Origin: an uncultured Candidatus Saccharibacteria bacterium
Lineage (GTDB): Bacteria > Patescibacteriota > Doudnabacteria > UBA920
Assembly (NCBI GenBank): GCA_964434195.1
Contig: CAYSUI010000002.1
Span: 2,562-66,561 of the forward strand
Reading direction: 5' to 3'
Length of the DNA stretch: 64,000 nt
Position numbers and translations under genes: made by a program
Part shown: piece after piece, positions 1 through 7,795 of the stretch
How the letters are laid out: each line of letters begins with the position of its first letter
Position numbering within the stretch: the stretch's first letter is position 1
Notes under the pieces: generated by a model
The model's input: the letters and a program-made list of their open reading frames with translations, nothing else
Database searches by the model: none
Told to the model about the DNA's origin: nothing

Positions 1-6
1 TAAATT

Positions 7-1128
7 ATGAGAATTGCTATAGATATCCGAAGTCTACAGAGTGGATTAGTATCTGGTGTAGAAAATTACACAGCGCATATAGTAGAGAATATATTAAAAT
101 TAGACAGCAAAAATGAGTACACCCTATTTTATAATAATCTTAGGGATGTACAGTTTAGTCATTTACATTTTATTAATTCCAAGATAATAAATTTTAAAAT
201 ACCGAATAAAGTATTAAATTTTGGAACAAGATTTTTTGGTATCCCTAGTTTTTATAAGCTTTTAGGTAAGCAAGATGTCATCTTTCTGCCAAATTTCAAC
301 TATCTAGATTTAAATTTACCATCTAAATTAGTCACAACTGTCCATGACCTTTCAGTATTTTCAGAGCCACACTATTTCGATGGAAGAAGAAGGCTCTGGC
401 ACAAGCTAATTAGAGTCCCAAAATTATTATCCAAAGCTTCTAAAATAATTTCAGTTTCTAATTACACTAAACAGGATATAATAAGAATCTTTGGAGTAGA
501 AGAAGGGAAAATTGAAACTATCTACCCTGGGGTAAGTCTTGAAGCAGGCAACTTCTCAACAGAAAAGTTAAGGGGGATAAGGAATACCTATAATTTACCT
601 ATAAATTTCATACTTTTTGTCTCAACTATGGAACCAAGAAAAAATGTACCCGGTCTTATTGAGGCTTTCGATAAAATAGAAGGAGACTCTCATCTTGTGC
701 TAGTAGGTAAGATAGGTTGGAAATATAAAGATATATTCAGGGCCATTAAAAATAGTCGGAAAAGAAATTTGATTCATTTTTTAGGTTATGTACCTGAACA
801 GGACAAGAAATTTATTATGAAACTCGCGAGGCTTTTGGTATATCCTTCATTTTATGAAGGATTTGGATTCGTCCCTCTTGAAGCATTTGCTCTAGGTATA
901 CCAGTTCTTGCTTCAAAACTTACGAGCATACCTGAAACAACGGGTAACGCCGCTCTGTTGGTTGACCCATATGACAGCTCTTCCATGGCTTGTGCTATCG
1001 AGCAGCTATTATCCGACGATAAGCTATCAGATAGTCTCGTAGATTTAGGAAAATTAGTAGTAAAAAAATATAATTGGGAAATTGCTGCAGAAAAGCATCT
1101 TAGAGTTTTTGAATCTTTAAATATATAG
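7..1128 (+). CDS. GT4 (group 1) glycosyltransferase
   Basis: TVHDL, EPRKNV and YPSFYEGFGFVPLEA motifs typical of GT4. Confidence 0.9.
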   Translation: MRIAIDIRSLQSGLVSGVENYTAHIVENILKLDSKNEYTLFYNNLRDVQFSHLHFINSKIINFKIPNKVLNFGTRFFGIPSFYKLLGKQDVIFLPNFNYLDLNLPSKLVTTVHDLSVFSEPHYFDGRRRLWHKLIRVPKLLSKASKIISVSNYTKQDIIRIFGVEEGKIETIYPGVSLEAGNFSTEKLRGIRNTYNLPINFILFVSTMEPRKNVPGLIEAFDKIEGDSHLVLVGKIGWKYKDIFRAIKNSRKRNLIHFLGYVPEQDKKFIMKLARLLVYPSFYEGFGFVPLEAFALGIPVLASKLTSIPETTGNAALLVDPYDSSSMACAIEQLLSDDKLSDSLVDLGKLVVKKYNWEIAAEKHLRVFESLNI

Positions 1129-1129
1129 T

Positions 1130-2251
1130 ATGAATATTGGATTTGATTTTAGAATGGGAGGGGTGGTGCATGGAGGTATCGGACGATATTCTTTTGAGTT
1201 GTTAAAAAATTTACTCGCTTACTCTACTAGCGATAATTTTTACATATTTCTTAATACAAAAACACAATCGAAAGAAGAAATTTCAGAACTTTCAGGTTTC
1301 AAAAACGCGATAATTATTGAAGCTAATTTTAGGCATTATAGTTTAGAAGAACAGTTATATTTCCCTAGTTTAATCAAAAAGTACGGGATTCATTTAATGC
1401 ATTTTCCTAATTTTAATGTTCCAGTAAGGTATAAATATCCATTTGTTGTGACTATACATGATGTAACGCATCACAAAATCTCAGGTCATAAAAGAAAAAA
1501 TTTGATTTATTTTTATGGTTATAAATATGTTATTGAATCAGCTGTAAAGCAAAGTAAAAAAATAATTACTGTTTCTGAAAGTTCCAAAAAAGATATACAG
1601 CAAATTTTTTCGGTTGAGGAAGATAAAATAAGAGTTACTTATGAGGGTGTAAATTATTCACCTGTATCTGCCGATAGAGTCCATAAAGTGAGAGAGAATT
1701 TACTCCTAAGCAGGCCTTATTTTCTTTTTGTTGGGGTATTGGAGAGAAAGAAAAATATTCAAAAACTTACAGAAGCATTCGATCTGTTTATCGAAAAGTA
1801 TGGTTTAGATATAGACCTTGTTATAGCAGGAAAAGAAGATCCGCATTATCCTGAAATAAAAAGCAACGCCTTATCGGTTAAAAATCGCCACCGAATTGTA
1901 TTTACTGGGTTCGTAAGCAACGAAGAGCTCTCAGCTCTTTATCAAGGTGCTTATGCATTCATAACCACAAGTCTCCATGAAGGATTTGGTTTGCCAGGAC
2001 TTGAAGCAATGGCTCGAGGTGTCCCGGTTATCGCTTCGAATACAGATACATTCAACGAAATATACGATGACGGAGCTTTATTTTGTGACCCACTCGATAT
2101 AGAAGATATAGCCTCTAAGATGCATCTGCTAGCTAGGGACCCACAATTCTACGAAGTAAGACAAAAGAAAAGTTTGGCTAGAGCCAGTTTCTTTTCTTGG
2201 CAAGAAACAGCGAAAGCAACTTATAAAGTTTATTTGGAATCTCTCAACTAA
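1130..2251 (+). CDS. GT4 (group 1) glycosyltransferase
   Basis: TIHDV, ERKKNI and SLHEGFGLPGLEAMA motifs; tandem paralog-like neighbour of the previous gene. Confidence 0.9.
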   Translation: MNIGFDFRMGGVVHGGIGRYSFELLKNLLAYSTSDNFYIFLNTKTQSKEEISELSGFKNAIIIEANFRHYSLEEQLYFPSLIKKYGIHLMHFPNFNVPVRYKYPFVVTIHDVTHHKISGHKRKNLIYFYGYKYVIESAVKQSKKIITVSESSKKDIQQIFSVEEDKIRVTYEGVNYSPVSADRVHKVRENLLLSRPYFLFVGVLERKKNIQKLTEAFDLFIEKYGLDIDLVIAGKEDPHYPEIKSNALSVKNRHRIVFTGFVSNEELSALYQGAYAFITTSLHEGFGLPGLEAMARGVPVIASNTDTFNEIYDDGALFCDPLDIEDIASKMHLLARDPQFYEVRQKKSLARASFFSWQETAKATYKVYLESLN

Positions 2252-3366
2252 TGAAGAAAAAACATATTACAATCTTATTAGCAGGTGGTGGAAGTGGCGG
2301 ACCAGTCTCCCCATTATTAGCTGTCAAAAAACAAATTTTGGAACAAAGACCAGATGTAAATTTTAATTTCGTTTTTGTTGGTACAAAAAATGGACCTGAA
2401 AGACAGATGGTAAGTACTCATGTCAATCATTATGAAACCGTACCTACTGCTAAGTTAAGAAGATATTTCTCTCTATCAAATTTTTTACTACCTCTTTTCT
2501 TTTTGCTCTCCTTAATAAAAAGTTTTTATATAGTTTTAAAATTCCGTCCAAAAATTATTTTTGGAGCAGGTAGTTTTGTTCAAGTTCCTCTAATGTATTG
2601 CGGAAGATTATTTGGGGCCAAAATATATATCCACCAGCAGGACGTAGAAGTTAGTCTTTCTAACTATTTAAGCTCATTTATAGCCAAGAAAATCACTTTA
2701 AGTTTCAAGGAGTCTGAGAGGGGTTTCCCAGACAGCCTTTTTCTGTCAGGACTGTCTTCTAAGTCCAAAACAATCTTTACTGGAAACCCTTGTAACATAG
2801 ATTCATTTCCACAAAGAAAGGATGCTCTGAAGAATTTGGGATTAGAGCCAGATCTACCTGTGGTACTTGTTTTTGGAGGGGGAACTGGGGCAATATTTCT
2901 AAATCGATTGGTCGAAGAAAGCTTGCCTGAGATAACAAAATATGTTCAGATATTACATGCTACAGGTAGTAATAAGGGGAGAGGATTTAATAAGGAATAC
3001 CCACATTACCATAGGTATGAATTTATAGATGATATGCCTTCGGCTTATTCAGCTTCTGATATCGTTGTTTCAAGAGCCGGCCTCTCAACTATTACAGAGT
3101 TGTCTTATGCTGGGAAGGTAAGTATAATTGTTCCTATGCCTGAAACCCACCAGGAAGCAAATGCCGAAGTTTTAAGCATTCGTAAATCCGCCTTAGTAGT
3201 CGCGCAAGATTCTCTGGACGCTGAAAATTTTATAATGTTAATAAGAAAACTTTGTTTTTCGGGTAAGCTCCAAAAAACTTTATCCTCAAATATTTCCAAG
3301 TTAATGCCCAAAGATTCGTCTGTTAAAATTGCAGGAGTTTTATTAGAGTCTATAAGAAAGAATTAA
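2251..3366 (+). CDS. murG: UDP-GlcNAc:lipid I GlcNAc transferase MurG
   Basis: AGGGSGG, TGNP, FGGGTGA, SRAGLSTITE and HQEANA motifs. Confidence 0.9.
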   Translation: MKKKHITILLAGGGSGGPVSPLLAVKKQILEQRPDVNFNFVFVGTKNGPERQMVSTHVNHYETVPTAKLRRYFSLSNFLLPLFFLLSLIKSFYIVLKFRPKIIFGAGSFVQVPLMYCGRLFGAKIYIHQQDVEVSLSNYLSSFIAKKITLSFKESERGFPDSLFLSGLSSKSKTIFTGNPCNIDSFPQRKDALKNLGLEPDLPVVLVFGGGTGAIFLNRLVEESLPEITKYVQILHATGSNKGRGFNKEYPHYHRYEFIDDMPSAYSASDIVVSRAGLSTITELSYAGKVSIIVPMPETHQEANAEVLSIRKSALVVAQDSLDAENFIMLIRKLCFSGKLQKTLSSNISKLMPKDSSVKIAGVLLESIRKN

Positions 3367-4370
3367 TGTCTTTTAAGAATCAAAAAATAACTGTAGGACT
3401 AGCTATGAGCGGTGCAGCCGCTCGTAGTGTCTTTTATATTGGATTCTTAGAGGCTCTTGAAAAACACAATATAGAAATCGATTTTATTACTTCTTACTCA
3501 GGAGCAGCAATAGTCTCTGCTGCGTATGCGACAGGTAGGTTGGAATTACTAAGAGATGAGGCCTTGGCATTAAATAGTAAAACTTTATTTTCTTTAGTTT
3601 CTAGGTCAAAAACCGGAGGTGGCTGGTATTCATTAGAGCCATTCGAAGAATTTTTTAGAGAAAAATATTCATTAGGATTAAAAATGGAATCTGTAAAACC
3701 AAGATTAAGTTTCTTGGCAACAGATCTTGAAAGTAAAAGATCGGTAGAGTTATCTCTCGGAGACATAGCTAGGGCTGTTCGTATATCTTGCAGTATGCCG
3801 GGTGTGTTTGAGCCAATGAAGTGGGGTAAGATGGTATTGGTTGATGGTGGATTAGGCTGTTATGTTCCTGGAAATTTCGTCAGATCTGCAGGGGCAGACG
3901 TAGTAATCGGAGTGCAGGTAAGGTCTAATAAGTACTTTTTTATAAGAAATGAAAAAGTTATGGATACACTGCATGAAACGGTAAAGAAATTCTCATTCCT
4001 AAATAAATTTGGACCTTGGATAAATAAATTAAAAGTTGCATTCAATGGAGTCGATCTTTTAGGTTATATGGATGAACTTGTGGCATTTGAAGACGAAGAT
4101 AAAAGAAATATAGGGACATTTTCAATTTTAGGTAGATGTCTAGACATAGCAGTTGAAGCGAATCAGCGCCAAAAAAGTGACTTGCCGAACTATGGTTGTG
4201 ATTTGCTTATTAGTACAGGAGTGGCAACGGCAACTGCTGGGGTAAAAATTCATGAAGGTCGTAAACTTTACGAACAAGGATTAGCAGTTGGGAACGAAAA
4301 TGCTCAAAAGATAATAAACTTAATAAAGTTAAAACAGTTAGAAAAGAATAAACTATATGCTCGATCTTAG
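3366..4370 (+). CDS. Patatin-like phospholipase family protein with divergent motifs
   Basis: GLAMSGAAARS (oxyanion region), SYSGA (nucleophile elbow), SCSMPGVF and VDGG. Confidence 0.75.
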   Translation: MSFKNQKITVGLAMSGAAARSVFYIGFLEALEKHNIEIDFITSYSGAAIVSAAYATGRLELLRDEALALNSKTLFSLVSRSKTGGGWYSLEPFEEFFREKYSLGLKMESVKPRLSFLATDLESKRSVELSLGDIARAVRISCSMPGVFEPMKWGKMVLVDGGLGCYVPGNFVRSAGADVVIGVQVRSNKYFFIRNEKVMDTLHETVKKFSFLNKFGPWINKLKVAFNGVDLLGYMDELVAFEDEDKRNIGTFSILGRCLDIAVEANQRQKSDLPNYGCDLLISTGVATATAGVKIHEGRKLYEQGLAVGNENAQKIINLIKLKQLEKNKLYARS

Positions 4371-5787
4371 TAAAATTCAAAAAATATATTTTCTGGGTAT
4401 AGGGGGAATAGCTATGTCTTCTTCAGCTGGCATAGCTAAATCGAAAAATTTCGAAGTCTTAGGTAGTGATGAAAAAATTTATGAACCTAGCTTATCAGTT
4501 CTTAAAGAATCAAATATAAATTTCTTTGAGAAGTTCGATGTGCAAAATATAAAAAATTCTCAAGCCGATTTATTCATTATCTCTGCCGGAATAGATAGAG
4601 AAAATCCGGAGTATAAATACATCATAGAGAACGAACTGAGCCATTGTTCTTTTGCAGAATTTATGGGTGCTTTGGCGCAAGACAATATACGTATAGTCGT
4701 AACCGGTACTCATGGAAAAACAACTACAAGCGGCCTAATAGGTACTCTTCTCTCAGATATTGACGACTCCTCATATTTAATAGGGGGTGTTCTGCAAGGC
4801 ACAAACCGAAATTATAAATTGGGGGACGGTCATTATTTCGTATTCGAAGGCGATGAATATAAGAATTTACCAGATGATCCAACACCAAAATTTCATTTTT
4901 ATAAAGCAGATATATTAGTACTGACGAACCTGGAGTATGATCACCCTGATCTCTTTTCTAGTTTCGACGAACTCAAAGAAGAGTATGAGTTATTACTAGC
5001 AAATTTACCACGGGACGGGATTGTTGTTTATAACGGTGATGATGTCGAACTTGAAAAACTTATCTTTCAGGCAAACAGGCATGCTTTCTCTTTTGGCCAA
5101 TCTTCAGGAGTAAACGTGAGAATTATTTCAGCGGAAACTTCAGTATCTGGCACTACCTTGAATGTGGTTGTGAAATTTAGCGACAAAGAACTAAAAGAGA
5201 GGTATGAAACAAAGCTTTTTGGAGCAATGAATGTTTTAAACGCCCTAGCATGTATTACATTGCTCAGGTCACTTGGTTTTACTTCTGAGCTAGTTGCTAA
5301 ATATTTAACTACTTTCCCCGGGATTAAAAGAAGATTTGAGTTGCTCGGAAAAAAGTCAGGAATAGATATTATAGATGACTATGCGCATCACCCAACAGCC
5401 GTTAAGGAAACCCTTAAAGCAGCGAGGGTAAGGTATCCTGGTCATAGGATTTGGGCAATTTTTGAACCACACACATTCTCGAGAACCGAAGCTCTAAAAA
5501 CAGAGATGCTAGGGGCATTCGAAGACTCAGATTTTGCTTTAATTGCACCTATTTATGCGGCTCGGGAGATTAATACAAAATCGAATTCAAAACAGAATCA
5601 TGAGCTTGTTAATGAAATAAATTCCCGGAATGATAGTTTGGGGATAAATAACAATATTAGGGCTATAGATTCTAAGCAAGAAGCCTTAGAGATAATTAAA
5701 AACGAGGCAAGAGAAAATGACGTAATTATAGTGATGGCTGTGGGTGATTTTAATCTTCTGGGTAGTGAAATTCTAGAAAAAATATGA
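4357..5787 (+). CDS. murC: UDP-MurNAc--L-alanine ligase (MurC/Mpl family)
   Basis: GIGGIAMS, GTHGKTTTS, EGDEY, NLEYDHPD, DDYAHHPT, FEPHTFSRT; located between murG and murB. Confidence 0.8.
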   Translation: MLDLSKIQKIYFLGIGGIAMSSSAGIAKSKNFEVLGSDEKIYEPSLSVLKESNINFFEKFDVQNIKNSQADLFIISAGIDRENPEYKYIIENELSHCSFAEFMGALAQDNIRIVVTGTHGKTTTSGLIGTLLSDIDDSSYLIGGVLQGTNRNYKLGDGHYFVFEGDEYKNLPDDPTPKFHFYKADILVLTNLEYDHPDLFSSFDELKEEYELLLANLPRDGIVVYNGDDVELEKLIFQANRHAFSFGQSSGVNVRIISAETSVSGTTLNVVVKFSDKELKERYETKLFGAMNVLNALACITLLRSLGFTSELVAKYLTTFPGIKRRFELLGKKSGIDIIDDYAHHPTAVKETLKAARVRYPGHRIWAIFEPHTFSRTEALKTEMLGAFEDSDFALIAPIYAAREINTKSNSKQNHELVNEINSRNDSLGINNNIRAIDSKQEALEIIKNEARENDVIIVMAVGDFNLLGSEILEKI

Positions 5788-6872
5788 AATTTTTAGAGAA
5801 TATAAAACTCTCCGATCATACAACTTTCAGAATAGGTGGTCCTGCAAAATATTTTGTAGAAGTAATTACACTTAATGACGTCTTAGAGGCGCTTGCGTTT
5901 TCGGAAAAAAAACAATTACCGGTCTTAGCTTTATCAGGGGGGAGTAATGTTCTTGTATCAGATCAAGGTTTCGAAGGACTTGTTTTAAAATTGGGGATCA
6001 AGGGGATTGAAAAGATAATTGAAAATAATGAAGAGGTTGTTTTAAAAGTAGGTAGTGGTGAAATGTGGGATAAGGTTGTTGCTTTTGCTGTAGAATCTGG
6101 TCTTTGGGGTATAGAAAATTTATCCCATATCCCTGGTAGGGTAGGTGGTTTCGCTGTGCAGAATGTCGGGGCATACGGACAAGAAGCCAAAGACGTAGTG
6201 GTTTCCGTAGATGCATATGATACTTTAGAAAAAAAATTAGTAACTATAGATAACAAAACTTGCGAATTTGGTTATCGAAAAAGTATTTTTAACACATCAA
6301 AAAGAGGAAGATACATCATCCTTTATACACGTATTAAATTATTAACAAACGGAAAACCAAATTTAAGTTATGTGGATTTGGCTCAAGCAATAGAAGGCAA
6401 AGAGATAAATCTAAAAAATATAAGAGAAGCTATAATTCAAATTCGTAATAGAAAATTTCCTTATCCCGTGAGCGCAGAAACTGGCAACAGTGGTTCATGG
6501 TTTAAAAATATTATCTTAAGTAATGATGAGTTAAATATTCTTAAGGAAAAGTTAAAGGCTTCTTTTGACCACGAGGTTCAGGTAAGGCTGCAGTCATATG
6601 AAAATAGGTTCAAGTTGCCCGAAGGAGTGAAAATCCCAGCAGCATTTCTTTTGGATATATGCGGCCTGAAAGGTTTAAAATTTGGAGGAGCGGTTATTAA
6701 TCCAAATCAGCCGTTGGTTATTGTAAATAGTTCTGGTCATGCCACTGCTAGTGACGTGTTACATATAGTCAGAGTAGTTAAGAAAGAAGTCTTAACTAAA
6801 ACCGGTATAAATCTATCAATTGAACCTGAGTTAATAGGGTTTAAAAGCGAAGAATTAGAAGGCGTAGTATAA
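5784..6872 (+). CDS. murB: UDP-N-acetylenolpyruvoylglucosamine reductase
   Basis: HTTFRIGGPA, GGSNVL, IPG, QNVGAYG, FGYRKSIF, GNSGSWFKN. Confidence 0.93.
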   Translation: MKFLENIKLSDHTTFRIGGPAKYFVEVITLNDVLEALAFSEKKQLPVLALSGGSNVLVSDQGFEGLVLKLGIKGIEKIIENNEEVVLKVGSGEMWDKVVAFAVESGLWGIENLSHIPGRVGGFAVQNVGAYGQEAKDVVVSVDAYDTLEKKLVTIDNKTCEFGYRKSIFNTSKRGRYIILYTRIKLLTNGKPNLSYVDLAQAIEGKEINLKNIREAIIQIRNRKFPYPVSAETGNSGSWFKNIILSNDELNILKEKLKASFDHEVQVRLQSYENRFKLPEGVKIPAAFLLDICGLKGLKFGGAVINPNQPLVIVNSSGHATASDVLHIVRVVKKEVLTKTGINLSIEPELIGFKSEELEGVV

Positions 6873-6905
6873 TAAGGGTAGGTCTCATTATTAATCAATA
6901 AATAT

Positions 6906-7241
6906 ATGAACCTCACAATAAAGGCAACGCACACAACCCTAACAGAGTCCATAAAGAACGTAATTACCGAGAAACTGGCGACACTAAATACTTTCCTAAA
7001 AAGCCAGCATAAATTACACGTAGAAGTACAAGTCGACAAAAAACATAAGAGTGGTCAAATATTTAGAGTCGAATGCACTGTTAAACCCGATGGTTTTTAT
7101 GCAGAGGCAACAGGTATGGACGCCTACGAAGCACTCGATCTCTTAGTACCCAAAATAAAAGAACAGCTCGCAAAAGAAAAAGATAAAAAAATCTCTTTAA
7201 GAAGAAAACTTGGCAGCAAAGTAAAGCGTGGGGTTATCTAA
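6906..7241 (+). CDS. hpf: Ribosome hibernation factor (short HPF/RaiA)
   Basis: MNLTIKATHTTLTESI start and AEATGMDAYEALD motif; 111 aa. Confidence 0.85.
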   Translation: MNLTIKATHTTLTESIKNVITEKLATLNTFLKSQHKLHVEVQVDKKHKSGQIFRVECTVKPDGFYAEATGMDAYEALDLLVPKIKEQLAKEKDKKISLRRKLGSKVKRGVI

Positions 7242-7265
7242 AATAAAAAACCTACAATAAGTCAT

Positions 7266-7661
7266 TTATTGTAGGTTTAATCTATTTAAGATTTCCACTC
7301 TCAAATCAATCAGTATTAGCTCGTCCAAAGGGCTGTTTATCCATAGATATTTATCCAGTCTAGGAGTATCTAATTGTTTTAAAGCTAGAACAAGCCTCGG
7401 AGTATTGGGCTTGGTATTAAGAATGCGATAAAACTTACCCGCTACAAACTGATTGCTCAGGAATTCATCATCTAGCAAAACCAGAAATAAATCTGCTTCT
7501 TCGGCTCTTTTATAAGCCTTTGCTATTAACTCTCCTGGCAAACAAGGGTCCCAGCTTTTCCATAATTGGACACCCCTTTGCATTAGAATTGTCCAAAATT
7601 CAGAAAACATACCCTCAATTTGCTTTGCAGATTCCTTAGATCCATATACTGATATAAGCAT
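7266..7661 (-). CDS. Solo TIR-like domain protein (degenerate)
   Basis: W..DPCLPGE and ADLFLVLLDDEFLSN pattern resembles TIR_2; strong SD and its own promoter. Confidence 0.5.
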   Translation of the reverse strand: MLISVYGSKESAKQIEGMFSEFWTILMQRGVQLWKSWDPCLPGELIAKAYKRAEEADLFLVLLDDEFLSNQFVAGKFYRILNTKPNTPRLVLALKQLDTPRLDKYLWINSPLDELILIDLRVEILNRLNLQ

Positions 7662-7702
7662 TTCTAGTCCTCTCCTTTTGGTTTGTAATTAAAGTAAATC
7701 AC

Positions 7703-7740
7703 ATTATGGTATAAAATATACAGATTGTCAATCTGTATAT
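7703..7740 (-). promoter_or_regulatory. Sigma70 promoter of the TIR-like gene, overlapped by a perfect 25-bp palindrome
   Basis: Minus strand TTGACA (7731-7726), 17 nt, CATAAT (7708-7703); ATATACAGATTG-T-CAATCTGTATAT at 7716-7740. Confidence 0.65.
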
Positions 7741-7795
7741 CCTTACTTCCTTTTGTTATACTGTTATAACTTACAAATTCTAGAGAAAGGATAGT

